The translations under genes and the position numbers were made by a program. Below the pieces are notes generated by a model that did no database searches, was not told the DNA's origin, and saw only the letters and a program-made list of their open reading frames with translations. DNA of 64,000 nt. It comes from Candidatus Kerfeldbacteria bacterium. Lineage in GTDB: Bacteria > Patescibacteriota > Patescibacteriia > UBA10025 > JAHIVO01. Position 1 is the stretch's first letter; every line of letters starts with the position of its first letter. Below, piece by piece: positions 40,278-50,950 of the stretch. The stretch is taken from the NCBI GenBank assembly GCA_047946875.1, contig CP181398.1:1169329-1233328 (forward strand). The letters are read 5' to 3'.

Positions 40278-41062
40278 AAAAATTTAAAAAAGTAGCCATT
40301 CAGGCAGCCAAAGAAGCTGGAAAAATTATAACAAAGCATTATAGTAATCTTAAACCGAGTGATATCAAGAAAAAATCAGCTCATGACATAGTCACCAAGG
40401 TAGACATGCAAGCGAATAAGGTTATTAAATCACTTATACATAAAAACTTTCCTACTCATGATATTTTGAGTGAAGAAACTGGTTTGGAGGATAATGATTC
40501 TAGAGATTATTTTTGGACTATAGATCCGCTAGATGGGACTACTAATTTTTCAATTAATAATCCCCTTCATTGTACAGCAATTTCTCTATCAAAAGGAAAG
40601 AAAATATTATTAAGTATAATTTATTCACCCATATTAAGAGAAATGTATTATGCAGAAAGTGGTAAAGGGGCATATCTTAATGGAAAGAAAATTAGTGTTA
40701 ATAAAATTAATAAATTATCGGATGCAATAGTATTATTAGGAAGAACACATAATATTAAATCAAGACAAATATTTTTTTCAATGCAGAGTAAATTACAAAA
40801 GGAAGTTATGAATATGCGCTGGATAGGAAGTGGTTCTCTTGATCTAGCATATGTAGCTGCTGGTCGAGTAAGTGGATGTATTTTTATGCCACCAGAGTTG
40901 TCGAAGTGGGATTTATTGCCTGGAATATTATTAGTAAGAGAAGCTGGTGGTAAAGTATTGAATTTTAAAGGTGAAGAAGATAATTATTTTAATGGTGGTT
41001 TGATTGCAGGCAACACGGTTATTACAAAGAAACTTCAGAATAAAATAAAAAAATGGAAATAA
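40274..41062 (+). CDS. inositol monophosphatase family protein
   Basis: WTIDPLDGTTNF and WDLLPG..REAGG. Confidence 0.85.
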   Translation: MKKFKKVAIQAAKEAGKIITKHYSNLKPSDIKKKSAHDIVTKVDMQANKVIKSLIHKNFPTHDILSEETGLEDNDSRDYFWTIDPLDGTTNFSINNPLHCTAISLSKGKKILLSIIYSPILREMYYAESGKGAYLNGKKISVNKINKLSDAIVLLGRTHNIKSRQIFFSMQSKLQKEVMNMRWIGSGSLDLAYVAAGRVSGCIFMPPELSKWDLLPGILLVREAGGKVLNFKGEEDNYFNGGLIAGNTVITKKLQNKIKKWK

Positions 41063-41430
41063 TAAAAGGTAAAGTTATTCATGGAGAGCATCTAGGTAGG
41101 AAGCAGGGTTACCCAACTGCAAATTTATCAGACAGCGTCCTGGAAGGTACTAATATAGCTAAAGGTGTTTATGTAGCAGAGGTTTTATTGAAAGGTAAAA
41201 AATACCAGTCCGTTTTGATTATTGGTGTACCTGGAGTTAATATACAGAAAGAAGGAAAGGTAGAAGTATATTTATTATATTATCGAGGAAATATATATGG
41301 TAAAGAAATATCTATTACACCAATAAAAAAAATAAGACCTTTAATTATTATTAAGGACAATAAGGAGCTTATTAGTAGAATTAAGCAAGATTTAGAGGTA
41401 GTAAAAAATTATTTTGTTTCAGCTAAATAA
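41053..41430 (+). CDS. riboflavin kinase domain protein
   Basis: GKVIHGEHLGRKQGYPTANL. Confidence 0.65.
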   Translation: MEIIKGKVIHGEHLGRKQGYPTANLSDSVLEGTNIAKGVYVAEVLLKGKKYQSVLIIGVPGVNIQKEGKVEVYLLYYRGNIYGKEISITPIKKIRPLIIIKDNKELISRIKQDLEVVKNYFVSAK

Positions 41431-43754
41431 GGAGGAAGGAATTTAATGGGCCATTGTTTTTCGTTACCGAGGTATTTTAGATCCATTATACCTATCTTAC
41501 CAACGTATAGCTTTTTTATTTCATTTTCGCCCTTGTCTTTAATAAGCTGAAGGATCATTCGTTGACCGTTGAAATATGCTAGGTCTTTTGTTAGTGCTCC
41601 GTGTTGGTTAGTATTTTGTAATCCCCTTTTTACTCGTAAACATACCCACCAAGCCTTTTCTTCTGGTATGTTCATATTCTTGATTAGGTAATGAAATAAT
41701 TCAACAAATGACATGCTGTTGGCGTGATGAATGGCAATAACATTTAGAGCTGGTCTAAGATATTTATTGCCAAGTGGAAGGCCAAGTTTGTTTTGATTAT
41801 AGATTGCCAAACCTTCTTCAGTGGTAAGGTAATTAGCAGTTCCTTGTTCAAATAATTTATATTTTTGTAATCTTCCATTCTCTAGACGGTATATATGAGT
41901 TTCAATTTCATGTGCTAATAATGCTTGAAATCTAAAGGCGGTTATTTTAGATTTTTTACTGATGAAAATTGTATTTTTTTTATTTATTTGCATACCAGAT
42001 GTAGAAGTTTCCAGTACTTTTATTTTCCATCTTGAAAGCTTCTTATCTATCAAAAATTTCTCAGTTTTTTTAACAATGTCATCAATTTTTAGTCTTTTGC
42101 TTGTATCTGGTGAGAATTCTGATTCTTTAATAAATTTAATGGCTTGCTCATATTGATGCTCATTAACTTCACCAAAAACTTTATGGCTATATTCTATAAG
42201 TTCAGGTTCGCCAACATGTTTTACAAGTAGTAATTTATTTTTTATTTCTTCAATCTTTTTTAGATAAAGAGGCATTAACGGGTGGTTTATAAGGCGAGGT
42301 ATTTTCTTTAACTCATTTAAATAATAGTTAATATCTAGGTCGTGTTTTTTATAAATAAATTTTGGTGAATGAGCAGGATTTTTTAGAAAGGTTTTTTGTT
42401 CATCTTCAATATTTATGGGTTTAATACGTGATAAAATTCCAATTTGTTCATTGATAGAACATATTTTTTTATCGATATTTAAAATAATTTTCTCTTCTCT
42501 AGTTTCCGAAGATGCAGCCGCTCTGTACTCAGGAACAGTTTTTGAAACATCTACCAAAAAATCAGATAAATATTTTCCTGATATTATAATTTTATAACTA
42601 TGATCACTAAGGTCTTCCCTAATAAAGGGTATTTTAATTTTTTTATTTCTTACAAGCAGAGTTAATAATTTTTTTTCTTCAGGGATAGATATTTTACTAT
42701 TTATGATATTTTTGGAACTATGCGGATCTATTTTTGCTTTAATTGGTCCACTATTAGTAGTAATAATGTTTACATATTCATAAAGGCCAATAACTGGCTT
42801 ACTAGTAGAAACAACTTTGGTATTTTCTTTTTTTATAATTTTTGTAAATAATGTTTTTCCTAATTTTACACCTTCTATAGGAGATAATACTTTTAAGTCA
42901 GAAATTTTATTTAATCTATTTCTTAACATGACATGATTTGAAATTTGAATTGCCAAGCCAGCACGAGCATTAATTTCTAATATTTTGATACCACTTTTTG
43001 CTAAGGCAATATCAACTGCAAGATAGCCTACTTGTGTCATATATTGTGTACGAGAAGCAGCTAGCAGTATTTCGTCCCAATGTGGTATTACTATACTGTT
43101 TACCATTAAGCCATTTGGAAGTTTTTTTATTATTTTATTATATTGAACACCATATGTAGTTTTACCTGTGCCAATATCTATACCTATACCAACAGCTCCT
43201 AGGTGAAGATTTGCTTTACCATGTGATTCCATTGTTGGTAATCGAAGCATAGCAATAACAGGTACGTATTTAAAAACGATAATTCTTATGTCAGGCAAAC
43301 CAGCTTCAATGTATTTATTAAAATATTCATTTGATATTAGTAGTTCTTCAAATAATACTTTGTCACGTAATCCTGATATAGCAAATTTACCATCTAAGAT
43401 GGAGATACAGTGTTGTACTAAATCATCCCATTTATATTTTTTGTCATTAACATCAGTATATGTACTACCTTGTGTTTTTTGGATGGCAATAATTCCCTCT
43501 CCACCATAACCACGATTTGGTTTGATAACAAAACTTTTTGGTAATGCTTTAGGATTGAAGTTTCTTAGCTCTGGTAATGATTTTAAACTAGCATAAAGCT
43601 TAGCCACGCCTAAACCACGGGCTTGTAAAAAATGCTTAGTCCCTATTTTATCATCAGCTAATTTCTTTTTTGTTTTAGAATTATATCGAGATAGGTATTG
43701 TAAATTTCTAGAGTTGATCCCGAGTATTCCAGCAGATTTTGCGAAAAATGACAT
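41409..43754 (-). CDS. ATP-grasp (RimK/alpha-L-glutamate-ligase-like) enzyme fused to a C-terminal QEGLA-motif (DUF1704-like) domain
   Basis: N-terminal ATP-grasp-like region (KPNRGYGGEGI, ILEINARAG). The C-terminal region has HEIETH and TEEGLA resembling the QEGLA/DUF1704 family. Confidence 0.65.
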   Translation of the reverse strand: MSFFAKSAGILGINSRNLQYLSRYNSKTKKKLADDKIGTKHFLQARGLGVAKLYASLKSLPELRNFNPKALPKSFVIKPNRGYGGEGIIAIQKTQGSTYTDVNDKKYKWDDLVQHCISILDGKFAISGLRDKVLFEELLISNEYFNKYIEAGLPDIRIIVFKYVPVIAMLRLPTMESHGKANLHLGAVGIGIDIGTGKTTYGVQYNKIIKKLPNGLMVNSIVIPHWDEILLAASRTQYMTQVGYLAVDIALAKSGIKILEINARAGLAIQISNHVMLRNRLNKISDLKVLSPIEGVKLGKTLFTKIIKKENTKVVSTSKPVIGLYEYVNIITTNSGPIKAKIDPHSSKNIINSKISIPEEKKLLTLLVRNKKIKIPFIREDLSDHSYKIIISGKYLSDFLVDVSKTVPEYRAAASSETREEKIILNIDKKICSINEQIGILSRIKPINIEDEQKTFLKNPAHSPKFIYKKHDLDINYYLNELKKIPRLINHPLMPLYLKKIEEIKNKLLLVKHVGEPELIEYSHKVFGEVNEHQYEQAIKFIKESEFSPDTSKRLKIDDIVKKTEKFLIDKKLSRWKIKVLETSTSGMQINKKNTIFISKKSKITAFRFQALLAHEIETHIYRLENGRLQKYKLFEQGTANYLTTEEGLAIYNQNKLGLPLGNKYLRPALNVIAIHHANSMSFVELFHYLIKNMNIPEEKAWWVCLRVKRGLQNTNQHGALTKDLAYFNGQRMILQLIKDKGENEIKKLYVGKIGIMDLKYLGNEKQWPIKFLPPYLAETK

Positions 43755-43760
43755 ATTAAA

Positions 43761-45287
43761 TTATTCTTCAATATTTTTATCTTGAAAAAGACTGCGGAAT
43801 CTAAAAAATTCTGTTAATCGTAGTCCAGTGAATTTACCTAAAATAACTAGTCCAATAATTGGTAGAATAATCAACTCAGGCCATGACATAATAAGACTAT
43901 TGAAGGTATTCCATACAATTAGGTAATAAGCTACTATAGAGACAATAACGGTGGATAGTGCGCTCCAGAGAGCTTCTTTTAGCCCTGCTTCGCTTTGTGC
44001 TGATAGAAACTTCTCAGATAGTGTAGACATAACCAGCATGGGGAAAATCGCAATAGATATTGCAAGAGAAATTTGGTAATAAGATAAAAACCAGACAAAC
44101 CCTAAAAATGATAGTCCAATCAGCGATAAGACGATGCCGGTTTTTGGGATATATAATAATTTGAATTTGTTTAATAATTTACGTAATAAATAACTAACAA
44201 CTACAATGATTAATAGTATACCAATCCCAAATACAATTCCTAATATATAAAGTGAAAGTGAGATTACGAGTGGAGTAAAAATACCAAATGTAGACATGCC
44301 TACGAATTGTCTGGCTAGAGTAATAACAAAGGCAATAAAAGGAAATACTAATAACATATAGATAGTATTGGATGGGATTCCTTTTGTAATAAAATTTGTA
44401 ATTGCGTGTGATAGAAAAAAGATGGGAGATTTCTCACTTCTAGAATCAATAATTCTATATTCTATTGCTCTGTTTGTTAAATTAGTTGATAGAAGGTTAT
44501 AATCTTTTGTTTCAAATATTGGATTTAGTGATTCAGGTCTGGTAAGTAGAATAAAATTAGGTTGTATTACTTGAAATGATTGCTGAGTAAGTTTTGAGGT
44601 TATTCCAATATTTTGATCTGTAATTTTTATAAATAATTTATTGTCTGAGGTAATTTTTTTATCTTCTTCTTGATTTTGCCAATATCGACTAAATGCTTGA
44701 AGCCCAATTGATGCGTTAGTATAAAAAATTAATGAATCAGCATTTTTTATGAATTCACTTTCCTCAGTGATTAGAGGTAATAATTTTTCTTCTGTTAAAA
44801 AGCCCGTATCTTCTTCAACAGCAGATATTACTTTTAATTGAACTCCATTATTAGCAGCTTGATCTTCAATTAGACTAAATTCTTCGAAAATATTTTTATC
44901 TGTAATTAATAATACTTGTTTGTCATAAACAAATATATCTTTTTTTATTAATTCTTTTTGTTCTCGTTGTTGGATAGTAAGAGTAACATTATGTAATCCA
45001 TAACTATCAAATTCGTGAATTACTTCTTGTCCAAACTGAGCTGTGTTGGTATCAGAAAAATCCCAACGGTAGATTGGTGTGCCGGCATCTTTAATAGTTA
45101 TAGAGTCTGATGCATCGAACAATGATTTTTTGCCAAATTCAATATAATCTTCGGAAATAATTATTGGTTGGATTGTATTTATATCAATGTTTTCTTCAAT
45201 CAAAAACTCCTGAGCATTTGATTGTCCAGGTATAAAAATAAATATTATCAGTAGAGGGATTATAGCAAGAATTAACTTTTTCTTCAT
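43761..45287 (-). CDS. signal peptide, ~300-aa extracytoplasmic domain and C-terminal 7-TM domain (7TM-transglutaminase-like partner of the ATP-grasp gene)
   Basis: Signal peptide, large extracellular N-domain, then seven hydrophobic helices. It sits immediately upstream of, and co-oriented with, the ATP-grasp gene. Confidence 0.55.
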   Translation of the reverse strand: MKKKLILAIIPLLIIFIFIPGQSNAQEFLIEENIDINTIQPIIISEDYIEFGKKSLFDASDSITIKDAGTPIYRWDFSDTNTAQFGQEVIHEFDSYGLHNVTLTIQQREQKELIKKDIFVYDKQVLLITDKNIFEEFSLIEDQAANNGVQLKVISAVEEDTGFLTEEKLLPLITEESEFIKNADSLIFYTNASIGLQAFSRYWQNQEEDKKITSDNKLFIKITDQNIGITSKLTQQSFQVIQPNFILLTRPESLNPIFETKDYNLLSTNLTNRAIEYRIIDSRSEKSPIFFLSHAITNFITKGIPSNTIYMLLVFPFIAFVITLARQFVGMSTFGIFTPLVISLSLYILGIVFGIGILLIIVVVSYLLRKLLNKFKLLYIPKTGIVLSLIGLSFLGFVWFLSYYQISLAISIAIFPMLVMSTLSEKFLSAQSEAGLKEALWSALSTVIVSIVAYYLIVWNTFNSLIMSWPELIILPIIGLVILGKFTGLRLTEFFRFRSLFQDKNIEE

Positions 45288-45318
45288 ATGCAGTTACAGT
45301 AATTAATTTTTTTTAAAT

Positions 45319-45362
45319 TGCCGCGAGCGGCCCCGCCTTGGCGGGATTTCGTCACTCCGTGT
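45319..45362 (-). pseudogene. degenerate 3' fragment of tRNA-Leu(UAA) carrying a GC hairpin
   Basis: CCGCTCGCGGCA versus the tRNA 3' end CCCGCGGCA. Adjacent hairpin ccccgccttggcgggg. Confidence 0.45.
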
Positions 45363-45432
45363 CTCAAGACTCTTAATATTTTAATATAATTAATCTTGAG
45401 TATTGTAATAGTTATTGTTTAAAAATATAAGT

Positions 45433-45516
45433 TGCCGCGGGTGGGACTTGAACCCACAAGGTCTTGCAACCACTGGATTTTAAGTCCAGCGCGTATACCA
45501 GTTCCGCCACCGCGGC
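45433..45516 (-). tRNA. tRNA-Leu (UAA), long variable arm, no CCA encoded
   Basis: Anticodon loop CTTAAAA. Confidence 0.85.
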
Positions 45517-45975
45517 CTATTTGTTTATAATGTTAAAGACAGTAATACCTAGAGCGACTGATACATTGAGAGATTCTTTTTTTCCATGCATTGGTATGTC
45601 AATTATAGTATGACAATTTTTTAGTATAGAGCTATCTAATCCCTTTACTTCATTGCCAACTACTAAGGCAATTGGATACTTTGGTTTTAATTTTGTATAA
45701 TCAATACTTTTTTTTGATTGTTCTAAGGCAATTATTTGAAATCCTTGCTTTGCCAGTTTTTTTAATAAATGATTCGTTTGAGTAATTTTTTCAAAAGGAA
45801 TATTTTTTTCTGCTCCTAAAGCTACTTTGTCTATTTTTGGATGTGGAGGAGCAGGAGTTATTCCAGTAAGGAATATTTTATCAATACCAGCAGCGTCAGC
45901 TGTACGAAATATCGATCCAACGTTGAATCGACTCCTGATATTTGGAAGGATTAAATAAAATATTTTATTATTCAT
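45517..45975 (-). CDS. trmL: SpoU/TrmH-family tRNA 2'-O-methyltransferase (TrmL-like)
   Basis: VGSIFRTADAAG, LVVGNEVKGL and IPMHG..ESLNVSVA motifs. 152 aa. Confidence 0.8.
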   Translation of the reverse strand: MNNKIFYLILPNIRSRFNVGSIFRTADAAGIDKIFLTGITPAPPHPKIDKVALGAEKNIPFEKITQTNHLLKKLAKQGFQIIALEQSKKSIDYTKLKPKYPIALVVGNEVKGLDSSILKNCHTIIDIPMHGKKESLNVSVALGITVFNIINK

Positions 45976-45989
45976 CTGTTGAATGTAAA

Positions 45990-46021
45990 TGGAGCGGCAA
46001 ATTCCGCTGAGCGGGATGAGC
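45990..46021 (-). pseudogene. degenerate 3' fragment of tRNA-Gly(GCC) with a GC hairpin
   Basis: tggagcggcaaa is identical to the tRNA 3' end, then attccgctgagcggga hairpin. Confidence 0.5.
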
Positions 46022-46082
46022 TTTTAGTATTAAGTGAGATTAATTAATAATCTTAGAATAAAATTTATAAGTTAATTTGTAA

Positions 46083-46159
46083 TGGAGCGGCAAACCGGAC
46101 TCGAACCGGCGACCTTTTCCTTGGCAAGGAAACGCTCTAGCCAACTGAGCTACTGCCGC
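46083..46159 (-). tRNA. tRNA-Gly (GCC), CCA encoded
   Basis: Anticodon loop TTGCCAA. Confidence 0.85.
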
Positions 46160-46262
46160 GCGTCGAAATAGTTTTTCTGGCTCCGTTTCCAATCAAGATT
46201 GAAAACTGCACCATTTACACTATTTCTCCTTCTCCTCGTCCCGAACTGCGGGACTCGGTAAA
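46160..46262 (-). promoter_or_regulatory. conserved tRNA-upstream element (copy L3)
   Basis: gcgtcgaaatagtttttctggctccgtttccaatcaagattgaaaactgcacc...ctcgtcccgaactgcgggactcgg. About 90 percent identical to 47269-47372. Confidence 0.55.
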
Positions 46263-46272
46263 GATTAATTTA

Positions 46273-46348
<76 letters not shown>

Positions 46349-46474
46349 ACAGCCAGATTAATAATATCTTATGTGCTGCTACGTAAAAATATAATACCAG
46401 AAAAATCATAATTTATCAAGAAGAATAGGTAATAAATATATGATTAAAAGTAAGTATTTAAGTAGTTAATTAAA

Positions 46475-46987
46475 TTATAATATTTCAATAGTGACATGTC
46501 TTATGCCCCATTGCTTTGCCTCTTCACGTGTTTCCATCCAGATGTCGGCTTTGTGCCAATATCTAGCAGCCATACGATCTTCTACAACAAATATTTTATT
46601 GCCAAAGTATTCAGGAAATCTAACACGAGTTCCAATTTTTAGGAAGTTAGCAGCGATAATACCATCTCTTACATGTGCTCCTGAGGCAGTTATAAATGGA
46701 TTACCCGATGTTTGGTCAGGTGTTGAAGAATATGCGGTCACAGGTATCACCATTGTTCTTATTGTTACTGGTTGAGGTCTATCTTCATTAATAGGTAGAC
46801 GGTTTAATGTATCAAATACATTAATTTCCCATTGTTTCGTAAATCTTGATTGGATTTCAGGATATTCAATCTCTATTAGGCTTGTTTGAGCTACTACCTG
46901 TTGAGGGAAGGAATATTGCCAAAATATGATAGTTAATACAGCAAAGATAAGTGCTTTAGTTTTTACTGAATTGAATTTTAATTTCAT
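46475..46987 (-). CDS. secreted 3D-domain protein (MltA/YuiC-like cell-wall-binding domain)
   Basis: TAYSS.PDQTSG...TASG..V..GIIAAN...GT.V.....F.V.DR 3D-domain signature. N-terminal signal/TM segment. Confidence 0.75.
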   Translation of the reverse strand: MKLKFNSVKTKALIFAVLTIIFWQYSFPQQVVAQTSLIEIEYPEIQSRFTKQWEINVFDTLNRLPINEDRPQPVTIRTMVIPVTAYSSTPDQTSGNPFITASGAHVRDGIIAANFLKIGTRVRFPEYFGNKIFVVEDRMAARYWHKADIWMETREEAKQWGIRHVTIEIL

Positions 46988-47077
46988 AGTTAATTTAGTG
47001 GTAATTTAAGCTAATTTTAGCCTAAATGTATATAATTAGACCTATTTAATATTTATTGTTTATTAATAAATAGGTAT

Positions 47078-47101
47078 CAAAAAACACCCTAACATAGGGT
47101 G
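47078..47101 (-). terminator. rho-independent terminator downstream of tRNA-Gly(UCC)
   Basis: caccctatgttagggtg plus T6 on the minus strand. Confidence 0.6.
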
Positions 47102-47193
47102 CGTTTGATGGATCATCTTAGCATATAGGTTTATTGTGTCAAGGGGTATAGAAACATTAATAAAAAAACCTAACATATAGTTAGATTCTTTTG

Positions 47194-47268
47194 TGGAGCG
47201 GGTAAGGGGAATCGAACCCCTGTTTTCAGGTTGGAAACCTGACATAATAGCCATTATACGATACCCGC
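47194..47268 (-). tRNA. tRNA-Gly (UCC), CCA encoded
   Basis: Anticodon loop TTTCCAA. Confidence 0.85.
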
Positions 47269-47372
47269 GCGCGTCGAAATAGTATTTCTGGTTCCGTTTC
47301 CAATTAAGATTGAAAACTGCACCCTATGCACTATTTCTCCTTTTCTCGTCCCGCACTGCGGGACTCGGTTGA
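47269..47372 (-). promoter_or_regulatory. conserved tRNA-upstream element (copy L4)
   Basis: See L3. Confidence 0.55.
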
Positions 47373-47374
47373 GA

Positions 47375-47950
47375 CTAAGTTATTAAAGTTATTCCTTTTG
47401 AAGCAAGAATGGTTACCAATAAAGTGAATGACATATCTCCTAGAGTGATTATGATCAGCATCTTTTTAGGAGGATATTTTATAGCTGCAAGGAATAGTAT
47501 TAGAATGTCATTTGGTAGAGGTGTAAATCCAATATAAATATATGATATTAAAGGAATTGCTTTTTCTAACCATTTTCTTTTTTTAAAGAAGTGCGCAACT
47601 TTATCAATTCTTTCTGTCCACTTTTCATTTATTAGTTCTCGTCCTTTAGAACCTGCATAAAACATTATCATATCGCCAATTGCAAGTCCAATGCCAGATA
47701 CTAATCCCAAGTAAATTGGATCCATGCCTCCGACTACAAGTGTAATAATAAGACTAATGAAGGAGATTGATCCACCAGCAGAAAAACCACCAAACAATGA
47801 AACAAAGAATGCAAGGATGTATCCATTTTGTACACCTATTTTATCTACTATCTCTTCTGGACTGATAAAATATAAAAGGGCGGTCAGTAATATCAAAAAT
47901 ATGACTAGGATTGAAAAAATTATTATTTTTTTTCTATAATTTTCTATCAT
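47375..47950 (-). CDS. DedA/VTT-domain (YqaA-like) membrane protein
   Basis: Multi-TM sequence that is YqaA/DedA-like. Confidence 0.65.
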   Translation of the reverse strand: MIENYRKKIIIFSILVIFLILLTALLYFISPEEIVDKIGVQNGYILAFFVSLFGGFSAGGSISFISLIITLVVGGMDPIYLGLVSGIGLAIGDMIMFYAGSKGRELINEKWTERIDKVAHFFKKRKWLEKAIPLISYIYIGFTPLPNDILILFLAAIKYPPKKMLIIITLGDMSFTLLVTILASKGITLIT

Positions 47951-47966
47951 ATTTTAATTAACATTG

Positions 47967-48293
47967 CTATGGTTGCCAGAGATACTTATTAAGATCTATA
48001 AAATAACTCTCCTCTTTCTTAATAACTTTTACATTTTCTTTTCTTAGAAGTGTTGCTTGTACATTAGCTGAATGTTCTCTACAAGTTGTACTGATTCTTC
48101 CTTCACGATTAATAATTCTTTGCCAAGGTGTTTCTTTTAGTAAATTGTCCGGTAATATATGTAGGGCCCAGCCAACTTGCCTGGCAGCGCGTGGAGAACC
48201 AATCAACGCAGCAATTTGTCCATAAGTAGCAACTTTGCCTCGTGGTACTTTTTTGGTTAGTCTGTAAACTTTTTGAAAGAAATTTAAGGACAT
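47967..48293 (-). CDS. alkyltransferase-like (ATL) protein: MGMT DNA-binding domain with the active-site Cys replaced by Trp
   Basis: VATYGQIAALIG...PWQRIIN (PWxR instead of PCHR). ATG MSLNFF at 48293. The ORF-track N-terminal extension across the tRNA-Pro fragment is rejected. Confidence 0.65.
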   Translation of the reverse strand: MSLNFFQKVYRLTKKVPRGKVATYGQIAALIGSPRAARQVGWALHILPDNLLKETPWQRIINREGRISTTCREHSANVQATLLRKENVKVIKKEESYFIDLNKYLWQP

Positions 48294-48321
48294 AGATATT
48301 GTTTCTAAACAGTGTTGGGAT

Positions 48322-48363
48322 GGCGAGACTCGAACTCGCGACCCCTCGCTCCCAAAGCGAGTG
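48322..48363 (-). pseudogene. partial duplicate of the tRNA-Pro 3' half
   Basis: 42 nt identical to 48397-48438 of tRNA-Pro. Confidence 0.7.
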
Positions 48364-48387
48364 ATAGTTAGTATTAATACATCTAAG

Positions 48388-48461
48388 TCGGGGTGGCGAG
48401 ACTCGAACTCGCGACCCCTCGCTCCCAAAGCGAGTGCGCTAGCCAACTGCGCTACACCCCG
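48388..48461 (-). tRNA. tRNA-Pro (UGG), no CCA encoded
   Basis: Anticodon loop TTTGGGA. Confidence 0.85.
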
Positions 48462-48519
48462 ACACAGATGTATTACTAACTATTTTATTTTCAAGGTAAT
48501 GATTTTATTGGAAACTGCG

Positions 48520-48549
48520 CCTGCCTGCCGGTAGGCAGGCTACACCCCG
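48520..48549. repeat. GC-rich palindrome (cctgcctgccggtaggcagg) followed by a 10-nt duplicate of the tRNA-Pro 5' end
   Basis: Same palindrome family as 11171-11190 and 6087-6103. Confidence 0.55.
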
Positions 48550-48574
48550 TAACTATATAGAAAGTTTGGTAAAA

Positions 48575-48646
48575 TGCCGCGGGGCGGAATCGAACCACCG
48601 ACGCAAGGATTTTCAGTCCTTCGCTCTACCCCTGAGCTACCGCGGC
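48575..48646 (-). tRNA. tRNA-Phe (GAA), no CCA encoded
   Basis: Anticodon loop CTGAAAA. Confidence 0.85.
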
Positions 48647-48745
48647 GCGTCGAAATGATACTTCAGGTTCCGTTTCCAACTGAAGTTGAAAACTGCACTC
48701 TTTATATCATTTCTCCTCTCCTCAATGAAGCTACGCTTCCTTTCG
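48647..48745 (-). promoter_or_regulatory. conserved tRNA-upstream element (copy L5)
   Basis: gcgtcgaaatgatacttcaggttccgtttccaactgaagttgaaaactgcac...atttctcct. Confidence 0.5.
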
Positions 48746-48758
48746 GTATAATTCTTAA

Positions 48759-48835
48759 TGGTGGGCGATCCAGGAGTTGAACCTGGGACCTCGTCATTAT
48801 CAGTGACGCGCTCTAACCAACTGAGCTAATCGCCC
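48759..48835 (-). tRNA. tRNA-Ile (GAU), CCA encoded
   Basis: Anticodon loop CTGATAA. Lies downstream of the 16S gene. Confidence 0.85.
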
Positions 48836-48899
48836 ATAAATTGTTAATTGTTATTTGTAAATGTTTTAAATATATCTGTATTCTAGGAGTTGATCAAAT

Positions 48900-48989
48900 G
48901 TCGCGCTCCCCGCCCGTACCGAACGGGTACGTTCGGGCGGGTAACTTCATCCCGCCTGTTCTAGGCGGGGCAAGCTGAGCTAATCGCCC
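48900..48989 (-). pseudogene. degenerate 5' copy of tRNA-Ile carrying two GC-rich hairpin insertions
   Basis: GGGCGATTAGCTCAGC [hairpin] ATGAAGTTA [hairpin] AGCGCGAC. The first insert is homologous to insert 1 of the tRNA-Lys pseudo-copy. Confidence 0.55.
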
Positions 48990-49100
48990 TTATTTAGAAT
49001 AAATAATAAATAAAAAAACTACAGTATATATTCAGTAATTCTAGCTATAATAATATCAATTATGCTAAAAAAATCAAGTTGACTGTAGTAATTACATTGA

Positions 49101-49133
49101 TTGACAACCAAAAAGTAATAAGAAAGAAATACC
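49101..49133 (-). other. 16S trailer half of the rRNA processing stem (complementary to 50763-50794)
   Basis: The two 32-nt segments are inverted complements that flank the 16S gene. Confidence 0.6.
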
Positions 49134-49203
49134 GATTCTTAGCTTGTATAAAAATACAAACTACCGACCATTTTTAAGAGTAGAACTCTTAAAATGTATC
49201 TCC

Positions 49204-50699
<1,496 letters not shown>

Positions 50700-50762
50700 A
50701 TGTGTAAGTACTGTTTTCATAAATGAACCACAGTACTAAAAATTGTAAAAAATTTTGGAATT

Positions 50763-50794
50763 GATATTTCTTCTTATCACTTTTTGGTTGTCAA
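50763..50794 (-). other. 16S leader half of the processing stem
   Basis: See 49101-49133. Confidence 0.6.
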
Positions 50795-50950
50795 AGTTCG
50801 TTAATTGGTCTAAAAAATCCCGCAGCCAGCAGGATGTAAAAAACAAGTAAAGTATTAAATATTTTAGTTGTATTACATCGTTAGGCAAATTTCCTTTCGA
50901 ATTTTTTATGTTAACTTAGCTGAATATCTACCAATTATTTGGTATAGTGT

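Noticed and set aside
48294-48446. N-terminal 51-codon extension of the ATL ORF in the ORF track
   Set aside because: The extension runs through the tRNA-Pro partial copy. The ATL domain starts at the ATG at 48293.
49101-49133. Plus-strand TTGACA here as an antisense promoter into the 16S
   Set aside because: It is the exact inverted complement of the 16S leader segment 50763-50794, so it is better explained as the processing-stem partner.
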